From assembly GCA_050298595.1 (NCBI GenBank), contig JBNKUM010000009.1, positions 53,882 through 117,881 on the forward strand: DNA of 64,000 bases. The letters are read 5' to 3'. Made by a program: the position numbers and the translations under genes. This DNA comes from Gammaproteobacteria bacterium. GTDB lineage: Bacteria > Pseudomonadota > Gammaproteobacteria > GCA-001735895. How positions within the stretch are numbered: the first letter of the stretch is position 1; every line of letters starts with the position of its first letter. Positions 18,848 through 28,756 of the stretch are shown in pieces. Under the pieces are notes generated by a model. That model did not search any database, was not told the DNA's origin, and saw only the letters and a program-made list of their open reading frames with translations.

Positions 18848-20263
18848 ATGGAAAAATTAGTCGATGTAGCGATTATTGGCGCAGGTACTGCGGGCCTTAA
18901 TGCAATGTCTCAGGTAAAAAAAGCGGGTAAATCATTTATCCTGATCAATGGTGGGTTCTGGGGAACGACCTGCGCACGAGTTGGATGTATGCCCTCCAAG
19001 GCATTCATCCAGGTGGCAGAAGATTACCACCGGCGTGAGATTTTTGACCGTCATGGTATCGCAGGCGACGAGCAGATCAGTCTGGATATTCCCGAAGGCA
19101 TGGAACATGTACGCGATATGCGCGATATCTTTGTTGATCGGGTTCTGGGTTCAAGTACTGATGAATTGCCTGAGGAGATGAAGCTTGAGGGCTATGCACG
19201 GTTTATCGAACCGGATGCGGTTCAGGTTGGTGATACAATTATTCGTGCCAAAAGCTTTATTATCGCTACTGGCACCAGGCCGATAGTTCCTGAGTCATGG
19301 AAACAATATGGTGATCGCATCATCACAACTGACCAGTTTTTTGAGCAGGAAGATTTTCCAGAAACAATGGCTGTCATCGGTTTGGGTGTTATAGGTCTTG
19401 AACTCGGTCAGGCACTGGCACGCAAGGGTATTAAGATAACCGGCATTGAAGGTAGTGAACGTATTGCCGGGCTGTCTGATGATGTCGCACATCAGGTGCT
19501 GCTGGATTTAATGAGTAAAGAAATGGATATCTGGCTGGGCCAACAGGCCAAATTATCCAGCAGTGGCGATAAAATTCTGATCACTGTCGGGGAGAAAAGC
19601 GTAGAAGTTGACAAGGTGCTGGTTGCTATTGGACGTAAGCCTAATCTGGATAATCTGGGGCTGGATAAGCTCGACCTGGCGCTGGATGATGAAGGCATGC
19701 CGGTTTTTGATCCGAACACGATGCAATTGGGTGATTTACCAATTTATCTGGCGGGTGATGCTAATGGCAGCAAACAGATCCTGCACGAGGCGGGTGACGA
19801 AGGAAAGATCGCTGGATATAACGCGGCTCACCATTGCTCGGATGCATTTAAACGCAAAACCCATCTGGGTATTACTTTCTGTGATCCTAATGTGGCCACG
19901 GTTGGGCAATCCTGGTCCGAACTTTCACAAAACGAAGATGTCGTCGTCGGTGAAATGAGCATGGGTCCGGTAGGGCGTGCACTGATTATGGGTAAGAATA
20001 AAGGCATCATGCGCGTTTATGTGGACAAGAATACAGCAGCCATTCTGGGTGGCACGCTAGTTTCAACCAGAGGTGAGAATGTGGCTCATTTGCTGGCATG
20101 GGCCATCCAGCTAGGCTTGACGGTATATGATGTACTCCGGTTACCTTTTTACCATCCAGTTATAGAAGAGGCGCTGCAGGCCTGTTTTTATGATGCGCTG
20201 AAAAAGCTGGAAGTTAAATCTTCAGCCAAAATTTTAGAATTGGGAGAGATAACCAGTGAATGA
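18848..20263 (+). CDS. Dihydrolipoyl dehydrogenase-family pyridine nucleotide-disulfide oxidoreductase
   Basis: GAGTAG, GTTCARVGCMPSK redox disulfide, GLGVIG, YHPVIEE. Confidence 0.9.
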   Translation: MEKLVDVAIIGAGTAGLNAMSQVKKAGKSFILINGGFWGTTCARVGCMPSKAFIQVAEDYHRREIFDRHGIAGDEQISLDIPEGMEHVRDMRDIFVDRVLGSSTDELPEEMKLEGYARFIEPDAVQVGDTIIRAKSFIIATGTRPIVPESWKQYGDRIITTDQFFEQEDFPETMAVIGLGVIGLELGQALARKGIKITGIEGSERIAGLSDDVAHQVLLDLMSKEMDIWLGQQAKLSSSGDKILITVGEKSVEVDKVLVAIGRKPNLDNLGLDKLDLALDDEGMPVFDPNTMQLGDLPIYLAGDANGSKQILHEAGDEGKIAGYNAAHHCSDAFKRKTHLGITFCDPNVATVGQSWSELSQNEDVVVGEMSMGPVGRALIMGKNKGIMRVYVDKNTAAILGGTLVSTRGENVAHLLAWAIQLGLTVYDVLRLPFYHPVIEEALQACFYDALKKLEVKSSAKILELGEITSE

Positions 20264-20552
20264 TAAAAACCACAGCGAATCACAGGACGAAAAAGTGATG
20301 GAGAAACGTATCATGGTCATGATGCGACAGGTATTGTCCGCAGTAGCACGGGACACCGTGCCACCACCGGGTATGAAACATCCCTTGTCTGATACGACTA
20401 TTGAAGGTATTCGAGATTGTCTGGCACTGATCTCGGCCCGTGAACGCGAATTGAATATCGACCTGGATGAAGAAAGCCTGAAGCGACCGCGTTATATTGA
20501 TGACCCTCAGGCCAATAAGGTCGTTTCTCTGGATTCGATCACCAAAAAATAG
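20256..20552 (+). CDS. Hypothetical protein
   Basis: 98-aa ORF overlapping the lpd-like stop; GGAG upstream; PPPGMKHPLSDTTIEGIRDCLALISARE. Confidence 0.7.
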   Translation: MNDKNHSESQDEKVMEKRIMVMMRQVLSAVARDTVPPPGMKHPLSDTTIEGIRDCLALISARERELNIDLDEESLKRPRYIDDPQANKVVSLDSITKK

Positions 20553-20630
20553 CAGTTAAACCTGAAGCCACGGATTCAGGTTAAAATGAACAACCTTGAA
20601 CTTAAATTCAATAATCTTTGAGTATTTATC

Positions 20631-21845
20631 ATGAGCAAACAATCAGTTAAAAAAGTAGTGCTGGCCTATTCAGGCGGTCTTGATACTTCTGTTATCCTAA
20701 AGTGGCTAGAAGATGAATATAATTGCGAAGTCGTCACCTTTACCGCCGATGTAGGGCAGGGCGAAGAGGTTGAGCCTGCACGTGAAAAGGCACGACAATA
20801 CGGTATTAAGGAAATCTACATCGAAGATCTGAAAGAAGAGTTCGTGAGAGATTATGTATTCCCTATGTTCCGTGCCAATACCATCTACGAAGGTGAATAT
20901 CTGCTCGGCACATCGATTGCCCGTCCACTGATTGCCAAACGACTGGTTGAGATAGCTCGTGAAACCGGTGCCGATGCCATCTCCCACGGTGCCACCGGAA
21001 AAGGTAACGATCAGGTGCGTTTTGAACTCGGTGCCTATGCTCTAAACCCTGATATCAAGGTGATTGCCCCCTGGCGTGAATGGGACTTAACCTCACGTGC
21101 GACACTGATGGCCTATGCTGAAAAAGCCGGTATTCAGATAGAACAAAAACGCGGTACTAAATCACCCTACTCAATGGATGCCAACCTGCTGCACATTTCT
21201 TACGAAGGTGACATTCTGGAAGATCCATGGAGTGAAGCAGAAGAAGATATGTGGCGCTGGAGTGTTTCTCCAGAATCTGCTCCCGACCAACCTACTTATA
21301 TCGTACTTACTTTTGAAAAAGGTGATGTTGTCGCCATCAATGGTGAAGCCATGACTCCGGCAACCGTATTGGCTACCCTGAACAAGATTGGCGGTGACAA
21401 TGGTATTGGTCGATCTGATATCGTAGAAAATCGCTATGTTGGTATGAAGTCTCGTGGCTGTTACGAAACCCCTGGAGGCACCATCCTGTTGAAAGCGCAT
21501 CGCGCTATGGAATCGTTAACACTGGATCGTGAAGTAGCTCATCTTAAAGATGAACTTATGCCACGCTATGCCACATTGATTTATAACGGTTACTGGTGGA
21601 GCCCTGAGCGCAAGATGATGCAACAAATGATTGATGCCTCACAGGCGACGGTCAATGGCGATGTAAGGCTGAAACTTTATAAGGGCAATGTGATAGTGGT
21701 AGGTCGTCAGTCTGCCACAGACAGCCTGTTCGATGAATCTATTGCAACCTTTGAAGATGATGCCGGTGCCTATAACCAGAAGGATGCAGAAGGCTTCATC
21801 AAGCTGAACGCATTGCGTTTACGTATTGCAGGCAAGAAGAAGTAA
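20631..21845 (+). CDS. argG: Argininosuccinate synthase
   Basis: [35 protein letters not shown]. Confidence 0.98.
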   Translation: MSKQSVKKVVLAYSGGLDTSVILKWLEDEYNCEVVTFTADVGQGEEVEPAREKARQYGIKEIYIEDLKEEFVRDYVFPMFRANTIYEGEYLLGTSIARPLIAKRLVEIARETGADAISHGATGKGNDQVRFELGAYALNPDIKVIAPWREWDLTSRATLMAYAEKAGIQIEQKRGTKSPYSMDANLLHISYEGDILEDPWSEAEEDMWRWSVSPESAPDQPTYIVLTFEKGDVVAINGEAMTPATVLATLNKIGGDNGIGRSDIVENRYVGMKSRGCYETPGGTILLKAHRAMESLTLDREVAHLKDELMPRYATLIYNGYWWSPERKMMQQMIDASQATVNGDVRLKLYKGNVIVVGRQSATDSLFDESIATFEDDAGAYNQKDAEGFIKLNALRLRIAGKKK

Positions 21846-22294
21846 TGAATATGCAGTTAGTCAGAAAGGGATTTCTGCCGCTGCTGCTAGTGTTTTTGTT
21901 AAACGCCTGCGAGAGCGAAAAAATACAGCAAACCGAGTTCAGTATTCAGCAGAATTATTTTCTGCAATCTATAGAGCTGGTGGAGTCTGCTGGCTTAAAA
22001 CTACAGGCGCCTGAGTTGAAAAAGCAGGATGTAGAGCAGGCCATTCAACAGATGGATCAGGGTTTGCGGCAGGCATTTGAAGTCGAACGTAAGTTTCTAC
22101 GCAAACTTGATTTAAGGCTACCCAAATTCTATAACGAGCTGTTTATCCCTGGTGTTGAACAATATCGATTGGGTATGGAAACGGCTAATCGTCAGCAACA
22201 ATTGCAAGGGCTGGAGTTATTAAGTCGCTGGGGGCAATACTGGATTCAGGAAAAGTCGAATATTCAGCAAAAGCTGGTGAGTTTAAATGGCTGA
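21845..22294 (+). CDS. Hypothetical lipoprotein
   Basis: Lipobox LNAC after a hydrophobic stretch; TAATG coupling to argG. Confidence 0.7.
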   Translation: MNMQLVRKGFLPLLLVFLLNACESEKIQQTEFSIQQNYFLQSIELVESAGLKLQAPELKKQDVEQAIQQMDQGLRQAFEVERKFLRKLDLRLPKFYNELFIPGVEQYRLGMETANRQQQLQGLELLSRWGQYWIQEKSNIQQKLVSLNG

Positions 22295-22493
22295 TACACA
22301 CCTGCTAGTGTGCGTAAATAAACGATCAGGCCTGCAACAACAATTCTGTGCTGGTCTTTACTGAAGTGACTGAACTGGATTTAGATTCGATTATCCAGGC
22401 CGTGCAGGATTTTAAACCGAACCTATCTTAGCCTGCTATCTGTAGGCTATACACAGTTAATGGTGAGCTTTGTCGACTGACAACAATAATCAC

Positions 22494-23555
22494 ATGCGAA
22501 AAATTATCCATATAGATATGGATGCATTTTTCGCATCGGTTGAACAACGAGATAACCCAGATCTGAAAGGAAAACCCGTGGCGGTTGGAGGTTCGGCCAA
22601 ACGTGGTGTGGTTGCCGCCGCGAGCTACGAAGCACGAGAGTTTGGCGTTTATTCTGCTATGCCATCGGTCACGGCTTTAAGGAAATGCCCGCAACTGATA
22701 TTTGTCCCCCCCAGATTTGATGTGTATAAATCAGTATCACAACAGATTCATCAGGTTTTTAAAAAACATACTGATCTCATAGAGCCCTTATCTCTGGATG
22801 AAGCCTATCTGGATGTAACGCAGAATAAACAGGGTATTGCATCCGCTACTGAGATTGCTCGGCTGATCAAGAATGAAATCAAACAGCAGACTAGATTAAC
22901 CGCCTCGGCTGGTGTCTCGATGAATAAATTCCTGGCTAAGGTAGCTTCCGATGTTGATAAGCCTGATGGACTGTTTGTGATTCGACCACAACAAGCACAG
23001 GATTTCATCGATCAGTTACCAATAGAACGTTTTTTTGGAGTAGGGAGAGTGACCGCTAAAAAGATGAAAGCGCTGGGTATTTTCAATGGAGAAACTTTAA
23101 AGCAATGGTCACGGGAAGATCTGTTACAGCAATTTGGAAAATCAGGATTATATTTTTATCAGGTCGCGCATGGTCAGGATGAGCGCCCCGTGCAGTCACA
23201 TCGTATTCGTAAGTCTCTGGGTGCAGAGCGTACCTTTGCTGATGATTTGACATCTCTAACAGACATGGATACTCAGTTGCAACTGATCTCTGAAGAAGTC
23301 GCGATCAGGTTATCTCGAGCTGCAAAGCAGGGGCGAACTATTACTTTAAAAGTAAAATTTGCAGACTTTAGTCAAATTACTCGTAGTCAATCATTGAATG
23401 ATTTAGTTACCGATGCCGAGTCTATATTCCAGGTTGCCAGCCATTTGCTACACACTGAATTTGTAGAAGGGTTTCGGATAAGACTGTTGGGGATTACGCT
23501 TTCGAACTTATCTACATCAAACGATAAGACACATCAGTTAAGTCTTGGAATATAA
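22494..23555 (+). CDS. dinB: DNA polymerase IV
   Basis: RKIIHIDMDAFFASVE, SYEAR, SLDEAYLD, KVASD..KPDG. Confidence 0.96.
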   Translation: MRKIIHIDMDAFFASVEQRDNPDLKGKPVAVGGSAKRGVVAAASYEAREFGVYSAMPSVTALRKCPQLIFVPPRFDVYKSVSQQIHQVFKKHTDLIEPLSLDEAYLDVTQNKQGIASATEIARLIKNEIKQQTRLTASAGVSMNKFLAKVASDVDKPDGLFVIRPQQAQDFIDQLPIERFFGVGRVTAKKMKALGIFNGETLKQWSREDLLQQFGKSGLYFYQVAHGQDERPVQSHRIRKSLGAERTFADDLTSLTDMDTQLQLISEEVAIRLSRAAKQGRTITLKVKFADFSQITRSQSLNDLVTDAESIFQVASHLLHTEFVEGFRIRLLGITLSNLSTSNDKTHQLSLGI

Positions 23556-23626
23556 TTCGAAAAACCTGTTAAAAGTAGCTGCTATCTTAAAAACGCGCTC
23601 TAGGGGCAATCATTGGGAATGAAGGG

Positions 23627-24590
23627 ATGAAGTTTTTCCCCACTCCTGGCAATAGGCTATGTCGCATTGATTGCTGCATGATTACCGCACTCGCCTATCT
23701 GTATTTTAATTCAACCCAGCTGGCTCAACATGGGTTTACCTCGCCATTTCAACTCACATAGGTAGCCGGGATTTATTTCTCCAATATGCTGGCGATCCTA
23801 TTTAGTTTTGGACTACTGATCCTCTGGGCTCAGGTTAGAATGGCTCGTCACTGTGCAGAATGCCTGACAATGCAGGTAGAAAGCTCATTGGATGATTTTG
23901 TCACTGCCTCTTTGATCGCAAAATTATTATCTGAGGCTACCTCACAATATCTGGGTCAGGGTAGTCTTGAGATCATGGATAAATCTGTATTTGAGCCTGG
24001 TGAGCCTGATCCACAGCGCAAGCATGATTTACAGGTATTGTTTGATCAGTATGCAGAACCCTGTCGGCAATACTCGGTAATTGTATTATTTCGAAAATTT
24101 GATGATATAGGGCCAAAGCCGTGGCCTTGCCCGATGGACATATTATTTTCACCGATGCGATGGTAAATCTGGCAAACCAGAATGAGGAGTTGATTGCTAT
24201 TTTCGGGCATGAAGTCGGACACCTGGCACATCAACATATGTTAAGACGAGTGATTCAGGATTCGATGTTCACTCTGGTTCTGGTACTGGTTACGGGTGAT
24301 GCATCCTCAGCGCTTGTTAGCGCGATTCCAGCGGTGCTACTTGAGCTTGCCTATTCGTGAGAATTTGAACGGGAAGCCGATGATTTTGCCTATGAATTCC
24401 TGTTACAAAACAATCTATCCACCGTGTATTTTGCTAATATTATGCAGCGCCTGGAATAACTGCGAAGATATCCCAAATCAAAAGATGATATTGAAAGGCA
24501 CAGCAATCAAGAAGAAGGGTATTCCTCCTATCTTTCAACCCATCCGGCAACTGAACAACGGATGCAGGGGGTTTTAGGCCTGAGCAATAG
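23627..24590 (+). pseudogene. M48-family metallopeptidase pseudogene
   Basis: ALPDGHII..D, HEVGH (HExxH), AYS*EFEREAD and YLSTHPATEQR pieces split by frameshifts and in-frame TGA/TAA; boundaries approximate. Confidence 0.85.
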
Positions 24591-24679
24591 TTAGTTAAGA
24601 CATCTTGTAGACTCCCTGAGGGGGATTTTTGATATGTGAAATCCTGAGTTTATGAATCAAATTCAAGTCAGAGGGGGGT

Positions 24680-24712
24680 TTTAAGCTTCAATTAAGGTTA
24701 AAACCCTATAGT
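24680..24712 (+). promoter_or_regulatory. BqsR/PmrA-type box plus -10 driving a candidate sRNA
   Basis: TTTAAG-cttca-ATTAAG-gttaaaaccc-TATAGT; no CDS downstream on this strand. Confidence 0.7.
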
Positions 24713-24716
24713 AGGG

Positions 24717-24821
24717 AATCCTTCCGGTGTTTAGAAGGATTTGAGATTAATAATACTTACTTCTCAACTCAGATGGCGGCTATATTCACCCCCCCCCCGA
24801 CTGTAGCCGCCATTTTTTTTT
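24717..24821 (+). ncRNA. Candidate sRNA, copy 2
   Basis: Promoter, then hairpins AATCCTTC/GAAGGATT and TTGAGA/TCTCAA, then terminator ATGGCGGCTA/TAGCCGCCAT with a C10-containing loop and T tract. Confidence 0.65.
24773..24821 (+). terminator. Rho-independent terminator
   Basis: 10-bp stem ATGGCGGCTA...TAGCCGCCAT followed by a T run. Confidence 0.85.
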
Positions 24822-24840
24822 CATAGATAGAATTATCAAA

Positions 24841-25329
24841 TCATCTGGTAAGTATTCTATATGTTAAGTACATTACATCAAACGGCAGATGTTGAAATGA
24901 TCTTGTCTCGCCTTCAATAAACCCCAGCTTTATGTACCAGTCTTTAAGTTCTGAAAATTTTGCAATGATTCCGATACTGACAAGATAGATTTCCTGATTC
25001 TTTGAGTATTCAATCACGTGGCGTACCAGTTTTTCGCCGATACCTCTACACCTATATTTGGGTAATACCGATAAGCGGTTCAGATAGGATATGGAAGGAT
25101 CAGGGCTTTCAAAAGCAACACAGCCTATAAAAATACCATCTAGCTGGGCAAGAAAATATTTTTCACCACGATCAAAATCTGATCTTGCCCAGTCCTCAGT
25201 GTAAAAGGAGGGGTGTTTTGGGTTATTTTGCCGAGTTAAATCAAATCGTTCTGCTACGTCTTTATTCGACTCACTTATGATATTTGCTAAAACGGCAGAA
25301 TCTTTTTTGGTTGCGTTAATTATTTTCAT
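24841..25329 (-). CDS. GNAT-family N-acetyltransferase
   Basis: RLSVLPKYRCRGIGEKLV acetyl-CoA motif; WYIKLGF. Confidence 0.88.
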   Translation of the reverse strand: MKIINATKKDSAVLANIISESNKDVAERFDLTRQNNPKHPSFYTEDWARSDFDRGEKYFLAQLDGIFIGCVAFESPDPSISYLNRLSVLPKYRCRGIGEKLVRHVIEYSKNQEIYLVSIGIIAKFSELKDWYIKLGFIEGETRSFQHLPFDVMYLTYRILTR

Positions 25330-25692
25330 GACCCCGTATTTAAAAACTGTCATTTGAGAATGTCTACATCAAAGGTGCTAAGAAATCCTGTTTAACCTAT
25401 ATTTCTACTCTTCTATTGCTACTTTCTTGCTGACTGCTTTATGGTTTCGCCATCTGGGGCTTTTAGGGCGATGTGTACTCTGTGTTACCACTTCTTGCCG
25501 GTAGACTTATGCCTGTAAGGTTGCGCCTTTATTGTGCATCAGCCAGCACCGGTGATACAAGATTATTGCTTTCTGCCAATATGGCACCAAAACTATTATC
25601 AATTCCAATAAGTTAATAACTAGTTCTACTTGTATTAGTTCGTCAATAGCTGCAAAAATATCAGCCTAATTTCCAAGCTGGAGTCGTATAAA

Positions 25693-26016
25693 ATGACAAA
25701 ACTGTGCCAATCCCTTTTCCTTTTTTCTGCTCTTTTTGTATCTGCCTGTAGTTGGGTTGATCTGTCAAAGGAGGGAGAGAAGATTCGTGTACTGGAAACT
25801 TCTGAGGTATCCACATGTAAACATCTGGGCCAGACCACAGCAAACACTCAGGAAAAAGCGTTAGGGGTTAGACGGCATGATAAAGCGATTAATCAGGAAC
25901 TCACTGCCCTGGCACGTAATGCTGCGGCTAAGATGGGTGGAGATACTATCGTTGCCGATGGTCCAGAGGTCGGGGCCAAGCAGACTTTTCTCATCTATAA
26001 GTGCGTCGGTCAATAA
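25693..26016 (+). CDS. DUF4156-family lipoprotein
   Basis: Lipobox VSAC; C..LG; ARNAAAKMGGDTIV; terminal YKC. Confidence 0.8.
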   Translation: MTKLCQSLFLFSALFVSACSWVDLSKEGEKIRVLETSEVSTCKHLGQTTANTQEKALGVRRHDKAINQELTALARNAAAKMGGDTIVADGPEVGAKQTFLIYKCVGQ

Positions 26017-26073
26017 ACGCGCTCTAATCTGATACCATTAACTCGGTGGTAATATATGTATCCGCCGGGTGAA

Positions 26074-28740
26074 TCAAATAGTCAATTCAACAGGTTCGGA
26101 TGATTCCTGATCGAGTGACTGGATGATGTTCGTCTCCAGTTTATTAAGTAGGTCCTCATCGCGTACGGCATTCTGATTTTCATCGGTGAGATAAAAGATA
26201 TCCTCAATCTTTTCACCCAGAGTGGAAATCTTGGCATGCGATACTTCCAGTCCAACCTCGGCGATGAGGTTTGATATGGTATATAGCAGACCGGGGCGAT
26301 CGATACTGATGATTTCCATGATGGTTCGGTGGTTGAGTATGTCCTGAGTGAAGGTGACTTCGGTAGGGAATTTAAACGACTTAAGCTGGCGGGGCATGCG
26401 TTGCGAAATCTTGATCTTGGGCTTTTCCTGGAACTGCAGGACTTTCATCAGATTGCTACGGATCATTTCAATATCTCTGACTTCGGATAGAGGAGATCCA
26501 TTCGAGTCCTGAATGACAAAGGTATCTAGCGTCTGGCCACCACTAGTGGTGTAAATATCGGCATATAATATATCCATATTCATACTGCTTAGTACGCCGA
26601 CAACTCGAGAAAAAACATGCTGAACATCCTGCGTATAAATGAAAATCTCGGTAGATTTTGAACGAATAGACTGTCGAATATTAACCACTGATGGGGTTTC
26701 AAGATTATCCATTATCGAGGTGACATGCCAGACGATCTGTTCTGCTTTGTTATGCAGAAAGTAATCACCAGGAAAGTCTCCGCACAGGGCTTCGATTTCT
26801 GCTCGGCTATAGTTGGCCTGGCTGATCAGTTCACAGGCTACCTCGCGATTTTCGCTGATGATTTCTTCTATGTCCTGAGGTTGCTCTATACCCTGACGTA
26901 TCACTTTTTTGGCGCCCAGATATAGTTCGCGCAGTAAGGTGTCTTTCCAGTTATTCCATTGATGAGGATTGGTTGCGCGGATATCTGCCACTGTCAACAG
27001 GTATAGATAGTTCAACATGCTTTCGCTACCTACTTCGCGCGCAAATTTATGCACAACATCTGGATCGCTTACGTCCTTGCGCTGTGCAGTCGTTGACATC
27101 AGTAGATGCATGCGTACCAGTTGCGAAACTACGCGCGTATCTTTACGGTTCATACCATGTTGTAAACAAAATTGTTCGGCATCTTCCGCGCCTAGTACCG
27201 AGTGATCACCACCACGACCCTTGGCTATATCATGAAACAGACCGGCCAGATAGAGTAATTCGGGTTTTTCCAGTTCTTCGTGAATGGCATTACACAGGGG
27301 TAATTCGTGACGGTGTTCATCGACCGAGAAACGACGCAGGTTTCGTATCACGAACAGGGTGTGCTGGTCTACCGTATAAGCGTGAAACAGATCGTATTGC
27401 ATGCGGCCGACTATTTTTTCAAATACCGGAATATAGGCTGCCAGTACACCATAACGATTCATCCGACGGAGCTGATGAATGATACCAGTCGGTTTGCGAA
27501 TGAATGACATGAATAGTTCGGTGTTTTTAGGGTCAGAGCGAAAGTTGTCATCGATCAGAGGCAGGCTTTGACGAATCAGGCGTATGGTCGCTGAAGATGC
27601 GCCCAGGATGTCCTTGCGAGTTTGCATGAGTACGAAGATTTCGATCAATGCAGAAGGGTTGTTGATGAAGACCTGGTCATTGACCGCTTCAACATAGCCG
27701 TTGCGAAGAATGAAGTCCTCATTGAGCTTTTCTTTTCGATTGAAGAAAGGCTTGAACAGAATTTCCTGGCGTAACAGCTGTAACAGCATTTCATTTAAGC
27801 GCTCCAGTTTCATGATGGTGCGATAGTATTGCTGCATAAAGAGTTCAATCGCCAGGTTGTTTTCACCTGCTTCGTAACCAAAGATTTCGGCAAGCTGGCG
27901 TTGATAATCGAATAATAAGCGGTCTTCGCGTCGCCCGGTCAGGCGGTGCAGTGCAAATCGAACCCGCCATAAATGTGTCTGACCATCAATTAGAGCCTTG
28001 TATTCTCTCTCGGTAATAAACTCGTGGGTGACCAGTTCCTGTAACGTGCGCGCGCCGTAATGCCTTTTAGCTACCCAGCCGATCAACTGGATATCGCGCA
28101 ATCCACCGGGGCCTTCCTTGACATTGGGCTCCAGGTTATAGGCTGTGTCATTAAAACGTAGATGGCGATTTTTCTGCTCTTCCAGTTTGGCTTCGAAGAA
28201 TTGTTTGGAGGGCCATATCTTTTTGGTAGAAATGGCTTTTTCGTAGTTTTCGTAAAGACTCTGGCTGCCGGTGATCAGTCGAGACTCGATCATGTTGGTC
28301 ATCACGGTGACATCCAGGCGTCCTTCTTTCGCGCAATCTTTCACTGTGCGCACACTGGATCCGACCTCTAGTCCAATATCCCACAGAAAAGTGACGAGCG
28401 CAGCGATTTTCTGCTCCATCTCTTTGCTGGGTTTTTTAACTAGCAGCAACATCAGGTCAATATCCGATGCGGGCAATAGTTCTCCGCGGCCATAACCACC
28501 GACTGCCAATAATGCGTTGTTTTGCTGGTCAGAAGGGGAAAAGAACTGTTGATAGCAGTGCGTTAAAACGTGGTCGACAAAACGCGATTTCTGGCGTACC
28601 AGTAAATCTGCCGAGGCGTCCGGCGTAAATGAGTCGAACAGGATCTGGGTCGCTTTATTCAGCGCCCCAGCGATAGGTTCAATTTGGGTTCCTGCGTGTT
28701 CGAGAATCTCATCCAACCAGTTCAAAGAACTTAGTGGCAT
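26074..28740 (-). CDS. glnD: [Protein-PII] uridylyltransferase
   Basis: AVGGYGRGEL.P.SDIDL, LEPNVKEGPGGLRD, HD domain (LFHDIAKGRGGDHS), two ACT domains. Confidence 0.97.
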   Translation of the reverse strand: MPLSSLNWLDEILEHAGTQIEPIAGALNKATQILFDSFTPDASADLLVRQKSRFVDHVLTHCYQQFFSPSDQQNNALLAVGGYGRGELLPASDIDLMLLLVKKPSKEMEQKIAALVTFLWDIGLEVGSSVRTVKDCAKEGRLDVTVMTNMIESRLITGSQSLYENYEKAISTKKIWPSKQFFEAKLEEQKNRHLRFNDTAYNLEPNVKEGPGGLRDIQLIGWVAKRHYGARTLQELVTHEFITEREYKALIDGQTHLWRVRFALHRLTGRREDRLLFDYQRQLAEIFGYEAGENNLAIELFMQQYYRTIMKLERLNEMLLQLLRQEILFKPFFNRKEKLNEDFILRNGYVEAVNDQVFINNPSALIEIFVLMQTRKDILGASSATIRLIRQSLPLIDDNFRSDPKNTELFMSFIRKPTGIIHQLRRMNRYGVLAAYIPVFEKIVGRMQYDLFHAYTVDQHTLFVIRNLRRFSVDEHRHELPLCNAIHEELEKPELLYLAGLFHDIAKGRGGDHSVLGAEDAEQFCLQHGMNRKDTRVVSQLVRMHLLMSTTAQRKDVSDPDVVHKFAREVGSESMLNYLYLLTVADIRATNPHQWNNWKDTLLRELYLGAKKVIRQGIEQPQDIEEIISENREVACELISQANYSRAEIEALCGDFPGDYFLHNKAEQIVWHVTSIMDNLETPSVVNIRQSIRSKSTEIFIYTQDVQHVFSRVVGVLSSMNMDILYADIYTTSGGQTLDTFVIQDSNGSPLSEVRDIEMIRSNLMKVLQFQEKPKIKISQRMPRQLKSFKFPTEVTFTQDILNHRTIMEIISIDRPGLLYTISNLIAEVGLEVSHAKISTLGEKIEDIFYLTDENQNAVRDEDLLNKLETNIIQSLDQESSEPVELTI

Positions 28741-28756
28741 AACATTAGATATCCAT

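Noticed and set aside
22440-22456. LexA box-like CTGT...ACAG upstream of dinB
   Set aside because: Spacer is 9 nt (CTGT-aggctatac-ACAG), not the 8 nt of a canonical SOS box
24741-24806. 21-codon TTG ORF inside sRNA copy 2
   Set aside because: SD-like GAAGGA is only 1 nt from the TTG and is sequestered in a stem; no similar peptide is evident in copy 1
25380-25620. Possible gene remnant on the minus strand (RVHIALKAPDGETIKQ, VOC-like)
   Set aside because: Too short and fragmented to assign without a search
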